Below are positions 18,910-28,530 of a stretch of 64,000 bases of DNA, piece by piece. The stretch is from an uncultured delta proteobacterium (GTDB lineage Bacteria > Desulfobacterota > Desulfobulbia > Desulfobulbales > Desulfocapsaceae): contig CAVPXN010000005.1 of assembly GCA_963709745.1 (NCBI GenBank), positions 4,673-68,672 of the forward strand, read 5' to 3'. Under the pieces are notes generated by a model. The model was not told where the DNA came from. It saw only the letters and a list, made by a program, of their open reading frames with translations, and ran no database searches. Each line of letters opens with the position of its first letter. The first letter of the stretch is position 1. A program made the translations under genes and the position numbers.

Positions 18910-20530
18910 TCTGCTTATTAAAAACGCTCGGGTGATCGATGGAAGTGGGGCACCGTCTTTTGCAGCAGACATCGCTGTCTCGGACGGAATAATTACCCAT
19001 GTGGCTCCTGCAATCGATATGCCCTGCCTGGAAACCATTGATGCAGCCGGACTGGTTGTCAGTCCTGGCTTTATAGACATGCACACCCATTCCGATTTTT
19101 CCCTCCTTCTGGAGCCTACTGCTGGAAGCCGGGTCATGCAGGGAATAACTACAGAGGTTACCGGTAACTGCGGAGGTTCTCCTGGCCCGATCCTCGACTC
19201 TGGCAGCGAACCATTCATGGAGTATATGTCAGACTTGGGCGTGCTTTATAAGCGAAAGTTATCGCCGGAAGACTGGAACTGGAAAACCCTGGATGATTAT
19301 TATGCTCGACTGGCCATCAACGGCACGGCTGTAAATCTGGTGCCTCTGGTTGGTCATTCGACACTGCGTGCCAACGTCATGGGATACCAGAACAGAGTAC
19401 CCAATCACCAAGAGATGGAACAGATGAAGCGCCTGTTGACAATAGAACTTGAAAAAGGAGCCTTTGGGTTGTCATCGGGTCTTATCTATCATCCAGGGGC
19501 CTTTGCTACACAAGATGAATTGGCTGGACTTGCTGCAGTAGTCAAAGATTTTGACGGTATTTATTCAACACATATGCGTAGTGAAGGCAAATTCCTCTTC
19601 GAAGCCTTGGATGAGACTTTGGCCGTTGCTCGGAAATCCGGTGTGTCTGTTCAGATTTCCCACTTAAAATGTGAGACCCCGGCCATGTGGGGAAAAGGTC
19701 GGTTGCTTCTTGAAAAAATTCATCAGGCCAGAAAAGAAGGGATACGAGTCCATTTTGACCAATACCCCTATATTGCTTATCACACTGGTTTGTTGGAAAT
19801 TTTCCCCATCTGGGCCAAGGAGGGTGGCTCTAAGAGGATGATCGAAATTCTCAGCAACGCCGAAACCCAACAGAAAGTAATGGCTGAGATGAAATCACCA
19901 CCTGATGACTGGGACAATCCAATGGAGGATCTGGGCTGGGACCGAATACAGATTATGGGGTATACCCAACCGGACAATCTGTCACTGAATGGTCTCACGG
20001 TTGCAACCCTGGCTGAAATCAGAGGAATTGAACCTCTGAAGGCTGTTGTCCAGGTCTTCTGTGAAGAAAGTGGTAGCCTGTCAATGATTGTGTTCGCCAT
20101 GAACGAACAGGATGTAGTGACGATCATGCAGGATCCCAATGGAATGATTGGTTCTGACGGACGTTCGGTAACACCCGGCGGCCCCGCGAGTGGGTCTCCT
20201 GTCCACCCACGATTTTACGGAACGTTTGCCAGGGTTCTGGGAAACTATGTCCGGGAGAAAAAGGTTATCTCCCTGGAGCAGGCCGTTCATAAAATGACCA
20301 GCCTGCCTGCAGAAAAACTCGGGTTAAAAGACCGAGGTCTGATCAAGAAAGGTATGGCGGCGGATCTGGTCCTTTTTGACCCGGATACGGTCCAGGACGT
20401 GGCCACTTTTGATGATTCACATCGATATGCCGAGGGGATTTCCTATGTGTTTGTCAATGGAAAGGCGGTTGTCCTTGACGGCAAACACACAGGAAATCTT
20501 CCTGGGAAACGGCTTTTTAGGCATGCCTGA
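18902..20530 (+). CDS. N-acyl-D-amino-acid deacylase (D-aminoacylase family amidohydrolase)
   Basis: PGFIDMHTHSD, TTEVTGNCG, THMRSE, ISHLK, GSDG, HPRFYGTF; start MTDLLIK couples to the upstream stop. Confidence 0.92.
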   Translation: MTDLLIKNARVIDGSGAPSFAADIAVSDGIITHVAPAIDMPCLETIDAAGLVVSPGFIDMHTHSDFSLLLEPTAGSRVMQGITTEVTGNCGGSPGPILDSGSEPFMEYMSDLGVLYKRKLSPEDWNWKTLDDYYARLAINGTAVNLVPLVGHSTLRANVMGYQNRVPNHQEMEQMKRLLTIELEKGAFGLSSGLIYHPGAFATQDELAGLAAVVKDFDGIYSTHMRSEGKFLFEALDETLAVARKSGVSVQISHLKCETPAMWGKGRLLLEKIHQARKEGIRVHFDQYPYIAYHTGLLEIFPIWAKEGGSKRMIEILSNAETQQKVMAEMKSPPDDWDNPMEDLGWDRIQIMGYTQPDNLSLNGLTVATLAEIRGIEPLKAVVQVFCEESGSLSMIVFAMNEQDVVTIMQDPNGMIGSDGRSVTPGGPASGSPVHPRFYGTFARVLGNYVREKKVISLEQAVHKMTSLPAEKLGLKDRGLIKKGMAADLVLFDPDTVQDVATFDDSHRYAEGISYVFVNGKAVVLDGKHTGNLPGKRLFRHA

Positions 20531-20587
20531 CCGGATAGGGAAGGCAGTGTTTTTATTAATCTGGTGATGAATATTAAGGAGAAGAAG

Positions 20588-22159
20588 ATGAAAAAGCGTC
20601 TGGGTAGTTTTTTGCTGATGCTGGCAATTCTGTTTACAATGACATCGATACAGGCCAAGGCCGAAAAAGTATTGAACATTGCAGGCAACCCCAATGAACT
20701 GGGGGTCACAACTTTCAACCCTATTAAGGTTGAACTGAATCACGATGCCATGACACTGATCTATGATAAATTTATGGAATGGGGCGCTGATGGAAAATTT
20801 TATCCGGCCTTGGCCGAATCCTGGACCATCAGTGACGATGGCCTTACCTGGAAAATGGTTTTAAAACAGGGTGTTAAGTTTCATGATGGCTCTGCATTTA
20901 ATTCAGAGGTAGCCAAATGGTTTCTGGAAGAGATGAAGACCGGGCCGTCTGCCTATATGGTAGGCGCTATTGATAATGTCGAAATCACCGGACCCTATAC
21001 GATTACTCTGCACCTGAAGAATCCTGAACCCAATATGTTTTTTAATATGGCTCAGGATTTCATGTGTATTCCCAGCATGGTCGCCTATAAAAAATATGGT
21101 GAGGAGTTTGGTATTAAGCATGTTGTGGGGTCCGGGCCATATAAGTTTGAATCCTGGTCTCCGGGAAATGAACTGGTACTGGTGAAAAATCCAGACTATA
21201 CTTGGGGGCCCTCTATCGTCAGCAATAAAGGGCCTGCTCGTATTGATAAAATTGTCTACAAGGATACCAAGGAAGAATCGACAAGGTTTTTGGAACTCAA
21301 GACTGGCAAGGTCGACGTTGTTTATGCCGTGCCTACCATGTTCATCAGCAAGATTGAAGAGGACAAATCCCTTCGGATCATCAGAATGCCTGGCGATGAA
21401 CTGTATCATATGGTCATGAACACCCAGTCCCCGCCGTTAGATAACGAGCTGGTCAGAAAGGGAATTGCCCTTGCTGTGGATCAGGAGAGTATCACGAAAA
21501 ATGTGTTTGCCAATGCCGGAAAACCTGCTTTTACCTATTTGATCGATTCTCTTGCGGAAAGTAAGATAGACCCGAAAGATGAGATCCATTTTGATCTTGA
21601 AGGGTCCAAAGCAGCACTTGAAGAAGCCGGATGGAAGATGGGTAAGGATGGGATACGGGAGGACAAAGATGGTAATAAGCTGACCTTGAAAATGGTGGCT
21701 AAAAACGAATCCTCATACCGGCGTGCAGCTGAGGTGATCCAGGCACAACTGGCAAAAGTCGGCGTTGAAGCGAAAATAACGTTAATGGATCCGAGCTCCA
21801 TCCGGGCCTATTATAAAAAAGGCGAGCACCAGCTGGCAATTCGTTCCTATAACTGGGAAAATGCCGATATTCTGGAGTGGTTTCTGAACTCAAAACGACT
21901 GGGCTACCCCAATGCGGCTATGTGGCATGATAATGAGTCAGATTATCTGATGCAAAAAGCGATGACCCGATCTCGGTCACAGGAAGATCGGGAAGCGAAT
22001 TTCAAGGAATACCACACGTATGTCCTCAATAAGTATGTCTGGGCTCCCTTTTACCTCCCGGCCAAGGTTTTTGCAGTTGGCAGTCGTGTGATTTTGCCAA
22101 AAAACAGTCGTGCCAGGAAGTTCATGAAAATCGAGATACTGGACTGGGATTTGAAATAA
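20588..22159 (+). CDS. Peptide ABC transporter solute-binding protein (family 5, DppA/OppA-like)
   Basis: Signal peptide; LAESWTISDDG, VKFHDG, VGSGPYKF. Confidence 0.92.
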   Translation: MKKRLGSFLLMLAILFTMTSIQAKAEKVLNIAGNPNELGVTTFNPIKVELNHDAMTLIYDKFMEWGADGKFYPALAESWTISDDGLTWKMVLKQGVKFHDGSAFNSEVAKWFLEEMKTGPSAYMVGAIDNVEITGPYTITLHLKNPEPNMFFNMAQDFMCIPSMVAYKKYGEEFGIKHVVGSGPYKFESWSPGNELVLVKNPDYTWGPSIVSNKGPARIDKIVYKDTKEESTRFLELKTGKVDVVYAVPTMFISKIEEDKSLRIIRMPGDELYHMVMNTQSPPLDNELVRKGIALAVDQESITKNVFANAGKPAFTYLIDSLAESKIDPKDEIHFDLEGSKAALEEAGWKMGKDGIREDKDGNKLTLKMVAKNESSYRRAAEVIQAQLAKVGVEAKITLMDPSSIRAYYKKGEHQLAIRSYNWENADILEWFLNSKRLGYPNAAMWHDNESDYLMQKAMTRSRSQEDREANFKEYHTYVLNKYVWAPFYLPAKVFAVGSRVILPKNSRARKFMKIEILDWDLK

Positions 22160-22175
22160 TTTGATTTTTTCTGCT

Positions 22176-22219
22176 CCTTTCTGATCTCTCAAAAACTTTT
22201 TTCAAAGAGATCAGAAAGG
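22176..22219 (+). other. Intercistronic stem-loop after the binding-protein gene
   Basis: CCTTTCTGATCTCT...AGAGATCAGAAAGG, perfect 14-bp arms; usual position for an mRNA-stabilising or attenuating hairpin in ABC operons. Confidence 0.55.
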
Positions 22220-22233
22220 AAAGAAAAACATAA

Positions 22234-23180
22234 GTGATCCGGAGCGGAAGACCCATGTGGCAATTTTTTTTACGCCGTTTACTGTTAATGATACCGATAT
22301 TCTTCGTGTTGTCGGTTATCATTTTCTCCCTGATTCACATCGTTCCGGGAAATCCTCTGGATAATCTCATGGGGCCAGGGATGACCAAAGCCTATGAACA
22401 GGAAATGGTGAAGAAATACAACCTGGACAAACCGCTTCCTGTGCAATATCTCAAATGGCTGAACAACATGCTTCATGGTGATCTGGGGAGCTCAATTATA
22501 GAGAAGCGGCTTGTAACGGAGTTACTTTTGCACCATCTGCCCTACAGCCTTTCGCTGGGACTCACGGCCATTGCCCTTTCCTTTGTGCTTGGGGTGTCCA
22601 TGGGTATTATTTCCGCGGCAGCCAAAAACACCATCTTTGATCACCTGGCCATGCTGGTTGCATTATTCGGGGTCACCATCCCCGCCTTTTGGCTGGGGCT
22701 GATTTTCATCCTGATTTTTGCGGTGTGGCTGAACTGGCTTCCGGTTTCAGGTTCAGGCACACTGTCCTCGCTGATTCTTCCCGCAGTCACCGTAGCACTG
22801 GGCGGTGCGGGTCTCATCGCGAGGGTCACACGGGTGGCCATGCTGGAGGTAGCCTCCAAGGATTTTATTGTCATGCTCCATGCCAAGGGGCTTGGGAAAA
22901 AAGCCATCCTGCTGAAACATGTCTTAAGGAACGCATTGATACCGGTTATCACTATCCTCGGGTTGCGTATTGGATGGGTGTTGGGCGGGGCAGTAACGTG
23001 GAAATCGTTTTTTCTCGACCAGGGCTTGGACAGTTATTAATTTCCGCTTTGTTCAGGAGGGATTATTCGGTCATTCAGGGCGCTATGCTTCTTCTGGCCA
23101 TGGGTATCATACTAGGGACATTCCTGGCCGACATGCTGTATGCTTTTGCAGATCTCAGGGTAAGGGATCAAAACCATTGA
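22234..23180 (+). pseudogene. DppB-like permease, frameshift near 22997
   Basis: GAVT continues in another frame as VEIVFSRPGLGQLL...RRDYSVIQG. Confidence 0.85.
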
Positions 23181-23208
23181 GACGAGCGGTCAATTTTTGC
23201 AATCAATA

Positions 23209-24091
23209 ATGGAAAACACTACGAACCAAAACCAGATAATACCTCCCGCTAATCGGTGGGTCAGGCGTTTGAAAAAATTAAAAGACAACAAGGCCGGGCT
23301 CTTAGGTCTCATTATCATTGCCGGGCTTATCATTATTGCGCTGTTTGCAGATTTCATCGCGCTCTATTCCTATAAGGCCCAAGACTGAATATCATGAACA
23401 TCCCGCCTTCAATGGATCATATCATGGGCACGGATGAGTTCGGAAGGGATGTGTTCAGCCGCATTATTTTGGGTTCACGAATTTCAGTTTATGTGGGTGT
23501 TGTTTCAGTTGGATTGTCCGTATTGATCGGCTCTCTGTTGGGTGCTCTTGCTGGATACTACGAGGGATGGCTGGATAGAGTTCTTTCTACTGTTACAGAC
23601 TTGACCTGGTCTCTGCCGGAAATTCTAGTGGCCCTTCTCCTTGTTGCCGTGGTGGGTGCTGGGGTTGAGTGTGTCATTATCGCCATTGCTCTGACCTATT
23701 GGGCCTAATATGCCCGGCTGATCAGGGGACAGATACTGATGCTCAAAAATGAGATTTATGTAGAGGCTACTAGTTCGTTAGGAGCGACAGATTTTACGAT
23801 TTTGTTCAAACATCTTTTCCCCAATGCAATCGCACTGGTGATCGTAGCCGCGACTATCGGGATCGGACAGGCTATCGTACTGGAGGCAACACTTGGTTTT
23901 CTGGGAATGGGAGCGCAGAAGCCACTCCACAGCTGGGGTGCCATGATGAGTAACGGTACCGCATATCTGTTTATCTCACGTGGGTGATTATATTTCCGGG
24001 CCTCGCCATGATGATCACAGTTTTTGGATTCAATCTGTTCGGGGACGTGCTGGTGGATATCATGGATATCCGAGAGGATACCATCAAATGA
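23209..24091 (+). pseudogene. DppC-like permease, frameshifts near 23385 and 23979 and a nonsense codon at 23706
   Basis: [22 protein letters not shown] and HLFPNA segments are spread over four ORFs. Confidence 0.85.
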
Positions 24092-25060
24092 GCCTCATGG
24101 TGGTTGATAATGTATCCGTGGAATTCAAAACTAGTGATGGGGTTGTAGAACCTCTGAGTGGTATCAGTTTTAAGATAGATGCCGGTGAGATTCTAGGGCT
24201 GGTGGGGGAGACTGGCTCTGGCAAATCCGTTACAGCTCAGGCGATCATGGGGCTGCTGCCTTTTCTTAACGGCAGAGTTTCCTCTGGCCGGATCTGTTTT
24301 AGGGATCAGGATTTGCTTGCCATATCTGAAGACCAGTATCAAAAAATAAGGGGAAACCATATTTCTCTGATATCTCAGAACCCCATGACCTCGCTCGACC
24401 CGGTTATAAAGTGGGAGATCAGATCGTGGAAGGGTTGAGCAAGCATGTAACTATTTCCAAGGATGATGCTGTAAAAAGAGCCATTAATGTAATGACCTCA
24501 TTAGGCATTCCCAATTCAGCAAAGGTGTTTTTACAATATCCACATCAACTCTCGGGGGGACTAAAGCAGAGAATTGTCATTGCTATGGGTTTATGTGCTG
24601 ACTCCTATCTGTTGATCGCTGACGAACCCACAACAGCTCTGGATGTTACTGTTCAGGCGCAGATAGTTGAACTGTTTAGAAAAACGGTGGTGCAGAGAAA
24701 TATTGGCCTGATCATGATTACCCACGATTTGGGCGTGATTTCAAACCTTTGTGACACAGTGGTTGTCATGTATGCGGGACATATCGTTGAAAAAGGGAGA
24801 GTGAAAGCGGTGTTTGCTAACTCTTTGCATCCGTATACCCGGGCGTTGCTCAAGTGCATCCCTAAATTCGGTATGCCGGAGAGATCGCTTAAGGCCATTC
24901 AAGGCAATGTTCCCAGCGTAAGCACTTTTCCAAGTGGATGCCGGTACCATCTCGCTGTCCTGACATGAAGCCGATTTGTATGACAGAAGCCCCAAAAATC
25001 TTGCAGGCAGGAAACGGCATAGAAGTTAAATGCTACCAGTTCGGCCCCAACTGGAGATAA
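24088..25060 (+). pseudogene. DppD-like ATPase, frameshifts near 24409 and 24951
   Basis: GETGSGKS, QLSGGLKQR, ADEPTTALD; C-terminal GCRYH(P)RCP restored only by a frame change. Confidence 0.85.
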
Positions 25061-25065
25061 TAGCT

Positions 25066-26061
25066 ATGAATTCGTTAGTTGAGGTCCGGCATCTGTCCAA
25101 ATTTTTTCCAGTAACTGGTGGGTTGATGCAACGGAGGATCGGTGAGGTCAAAGCAGTCAACGATATCTCGTTTGACATTTATAAAGGAGAATCTTTGGGG
25201 GTCGTTGGCGAGTCTGGATGTGGAAAATCAACCTTTGCCAGGCTGATTCTAAATCTGATCAGGCACACCTCCGGGCACATTCTCTATGATGGTCGGGATG
25301 TCAACCGTATCAGTAAAACCCAACTCCGTGAACTGAGGCGAAAAATGCAGATGGTGTTTCAGGATCCCCATTCCTCCCTGGATCCCCGTATTTCGATATA
25401 CCGAAGTCTAGATGAGGTGTTTACGATTCAAAAAGAGAAGATCTCCAGACAAAAGATAAATGAACGGATCCTGGAACTTCTTGGCATGGTTGGCCTTAAA
25501 CCGGAGCATTGCCGATCCTACCCCCACCAGCTATCGGGAGGACAGAAGCAGCGAGCCGTCATCGCTCGGGCTCTGGCCATGATCCCCGAATTCATCATAC
25601 TTGACGAACCCACCGCAGCACTGGACGTGTCGGTCCAGGCTCAGATTATTCTCCTGCTCCAGCAATTGGGTGATCAGTTTGGCATTACTTACCTTTTTAT
25701 TTCCCATGACCTTGCTCTGGTGGATTATTTCTGTCAGCGAATAATTGTCATGTACCTGGGCAGAATAGTGGAGATCACGCCCGCCGATCTCTCCCGGCAG
25801 AAGCCAATGCATCCATACACAAAGGTGTTGATGGAAAGTGTGTTCGTGGCAGATCCTCTGGCAGAACCCAAAGAACCCAGGATTGAGGGTGATGTGCCAA
25901 GTCCCTTTAACCTCCCCGAGGGATGCGTATTTGAGAGTCGTTGTGAATATGCCCAAAAGATCTGTAAAGAAGATTCTCCGGAACTACGAGAATCCATATC
26001 GGGTAGATTTGTGGCCTGTCATTTTCCATTAATCTGTTCGATTAATGATACCCCGGTTTGA
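25066..26061 (+). CDS. DppF-like peptide ABC ATPase (intact)
   Basis: GESGCGKS, QLSGGQKQR, LDEPTAALD, GCVFESRC, ACHF. Confidence 0.93.
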   Translation: MNSLVEVRHLSKFFPVTGGLMQRRIGEVKAVNDISFDIYKGESLGVVGESGCGKSTFARLILNLIRHTSGHILYDGRDVNRISKTQLRELRRKMQMVFQDPHSSLDPRISIYRSLDEVFTIQKEKISRQKINERILELLGMVGLKPEHCRSYPHQLSGGQKQRAVIARALAMIPEFIILDEPTAALDVSVQAQIILLLQQLGDQFGITYLFISHDLALVDYFCQRIIVMYLGRIVEITPADLSRQKPMHPYTKVLMESVFVADPLAEPKEPRIEGDVPSPFNLPEGCVFESRCEYAQKICKEDSPELRESISGRFVACHFPLICSINDTPV

Positions 26062-26495
26062 GTGGCCCCGTTTTTGTGGAGAGTAAAGATTTTTTCTGGC
26101 AATCTTCAATTTAATACCATACCCGTCAGGTGAACCTTCCTGATAGTGTCGACCTACTTGTTTCAATTGAATTGTCCAAAAATGGAGCAACTGTAAAGTA
26201 GAGCTTACCAAAGTTATGTTGCGAGTTGAACTATCTGCCTGAAATTATTTCGCTTTTCAAGCTATTTACGGAATGTATTTTTTGTTAATTATTTCAATGT
26301 TTTATGTTGTTAATGGTAATGATTCCTCTTCTCCAAGCAACATAACTTTTGAGCTATTTCTTACCTCCCCGTCAGCCTCTTGCGAGGAAGGAAAAGAAGG
26401 ACATCCAAAGAAAAAGTAGGAAGAAGAGATAAATACCTACAACTACAAAAGGAGGGAGGAAAAGCAAACAGAGAAGAAAAGACACAGCAAAACTA

Positions 26496-26555
26496 ATCTC
26501 GCAACATAACCAAAGAACACCTCTCAAAAGTGCAACAGAACCCCGGCGAGAGATA
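26496..26555 (+). repeat. Direct repeat A, copy 2
   Basis: See 10825..10884. Confidence 0.85.
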
Positions 26556-26619
26556 TCTACTGAAGTTCTGGTTCTCATGAGCCCAAATACCTATCAACTT
26601 TTATTGTGCCGCCCATCCG

Positions 26620-26690
26620 AGATCTTTCCAGAAAATCAACCGAGACATTTGCTCCATTTCTGACCATCGTCGGCGTTGATACTACTTTCC
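26620..26690 (+). repeat. Direct repeat B, copy 2
   Basis: See 15555..15625. Confidence 0.9.
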
Positions 26691-26699
26691 TATCAACCG

Positions 26700-26978
26700 T
26701 TACTTGATCTTTTTCAGCAATCTCGAAATTGAAGTGGCATGCCATTCCCCTCCCCTGCGTGTCTGGTATCCGTGGTTGTTCATGTACTCGGTTATTTCTC
26801 GCAATGATATGCAACCTGTTGCCTTGGCCTCTTCAATATATTCAGTCATGTCCTTGGCGAACTTAGCCGCTTCATTCAATCGTACGGCATTGGCGTTAGT
26901 GGTATTCCCGCCGCCTGGTAGACGTTGCCCTTTCTGCAAGCATGGATTGCCCAACTGGATGCCATTACGTGGGGCCAT
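26700..26978 (-). pseudogene. Serine recombinase/resolvase C-terminal remnant
   Basis: GIQLGNP...SLREITEYMNNHGYQTRRGGEWHATSISRLL, the C-terminal DNA-binding tail of recombinase-family proteins; catalytic domain absent. Confidence 0.7.
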
Positions 26979-26987
26979 AGTTCGTTA

Positions 26988-27445
26988 ACAGTAAGTGCAA
27001 TAATTGGTGGTGTCGAAGAGTAGGCAATCGGCAGCTGGCGACTCAGCCTGCCAGATGCGCTCAAAGAACAAGCGGGCAATTGCTTGCATATCGGTTTCGC
27101 TGACACGCTCCATTTCTCCCAATAGCGTTTGCTGGTGAGTTCGTCCAGGTCAGTTGGCCGGATATGCTGGATGGCGGTTCTCCGATACCAGTCGGCCAGC
27201 TCGTTTTTACTGACGGCCTGCACCATCCGGTTAAGCACGCAATAAACAAAGTACTTACCCACCGAAGGTCCGGTTTCCCTCTTGGCTCTGGGAATAATAC
27301 CGTCGATGATGCTGCAAAGATCAATATCTCGATCAATCTGATGCGCCAACCAGAGAGCTCCGAATTCTTCAACCTTCAAGCTCAGAGTCTCAGCCTCTTT
27401 GCCACCAAGCAAATTGGCGACCTTCTCCGGAGACCCGATGTAGAT
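26988..27445 (-). mobile_element. IS1634-family transposase fragment (frameshifted, both ends missing)
   Basis: IYIGSPEK...EEFGALW...SVGKYF...NRM...LADWYRRT; after a 1-bp shift WERVSE...LLFDTTNY (first catalytic Asp). Confidence 0.8.
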
Positions 27446-27447
27446 TT

Positions 27448-27806
27448 CCAAGCGGGTCGACTGATGTTGGAGGAGATATTCAAACACGCAAAGCGGGGTG
27501 TGAGTTTTGCCTTTGACACAACATTGAGCGGTCGAGGGTATGCCAGGCTTATTCCCGACTGGCAGAGAGATGGTTATACCATCAAGTTATTCTCTCAGTC
27601 TTGGTTTTCAGGAGCTGGGCAATGCGCGAGTCAGTCAAAGAGTTCGAGAAGGAGATCGCGATGTCTCTTCGCCAATCATTCGCCGCCGTTTTATGGCAGG
27701 ACTGAGTAATTTTGAAATCTTATATAAACCTATCGTCGGCGAATGGGCTCTTTACGACAATTCCGGAAGCGAACCTGTCCTTGTTGAAGAAGGAGTGAAA
27801 TTATGA
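27448..27806 (+). pseudogene. Zeta-toxin/AAA-type (COG4185-like) ATPase, N-terminally truncated and frameshifted
   Basis: QAGRLMLEEI...SFAFDTTLSGRGY...RVSQRVREG...IRRRF...LYDNSG. Confidence 0.75.
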
Positions 27807-27973
27807 GCAATCAGTCTATTGATTCCGCCCAAAAAGGCAAAAAGCGCGATCCTGATTTGGCTGCTACCGAAGTGGCTATGAAGCGGGCCGCACAAAAAGC
27901 CCGTGAACGAGCCAGGCACGTGGGCTCAGGAATTGTTGTCCTGAGAGACGGGAAAATCGTTGAAGAACGATAA
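27803..27973 (+). CDS. 56-aa basic protein of the type paired with zeta-toxin-like ATPases
   Basis: MSNQ...AMKRAAQKARERARHVGSGIVVLRDGKIVEER; ATGA overlap with the upstream gene; too short to appear in the ORF track. Confidence 0.65.
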   Translation: MSNQSIDSAQKGKKRDPDLAATEVAMKRAAQKARERARHVGSGIVVLRDGKIVEER

Positions 27974-28186
27974 GATTCATAAACGTAAACCAAAGGTTTT
28001 TAATAGATATAGCAGCCCGAAATGATGATACGGACTCAGAAAAACCGATAATAAGTCTCACCGCTGCCTATCCCAATGTTAGACAAGAAAGCACAACCTT
28101 GCATCACATGGCGGCAAATGGAGCAACTCCTTAAATCTCGTAAGCTCTGCGCACCATGGGGGGTTGCTTTTTTCAGGGGGTGACGA

Positions 28187-28322
28187 ATGCGTTTTAACAA
28201 GCCCCCGAAAATCTTTGCCGAGCAGGTGGGACTTCTCATCTCGCCCGGGATGGAGATTCAAGATCCAGTACGTGCCGAGCGCTACCTCTCCCACCTGAAC
28301 TATTATCGCCTGGCCGCCTATA
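28187..28322 (+). pseudogene. Abi (AbiD/F-like) protein N-terminal remnant
   Basis: [45 protein letters not shown]. Confidence 0.7.
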
Positions 28323-28500
28323 CCAGCGGCCCGTTATCAGTGTAAGGGAGGCAAGAGAATTGCTGCGGGTCCAGCCGAATACTGCAAACTCGTTAATTCA
28401 AGAATTTGTAGCGCACGGTGTACTAAAAGAGATAATAGGTCATAAAAGGAACAGATTGTTTCTTATTCAAAATATTTTAAAATTTTTGAGTAAAGAGGGT
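28323..28500 (+). pseudogene. Fic-family protein C-terminal HTH remnant
   Basis: [45 protein letters not shown]. Confidence 0.6.
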
Positions 28501-28530
28501 GACAAGACAGATGGAGGCACTGTTTACTGG

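Noticed and set aside
23706-23708. In-frame stop in dppC as a recoded residue
   Set aside because: It is TAA at a non-catalytic, probably Gln, position in a gene with additional frameshifts, unlike the OsmC TGA.
22990-24960. Programmed ribosomal frameshifting in the dpp genes
   Set aside because: No slippery heptamers or stimulatory structures; five separate shifts plus a stop codon are implausible as recoding.
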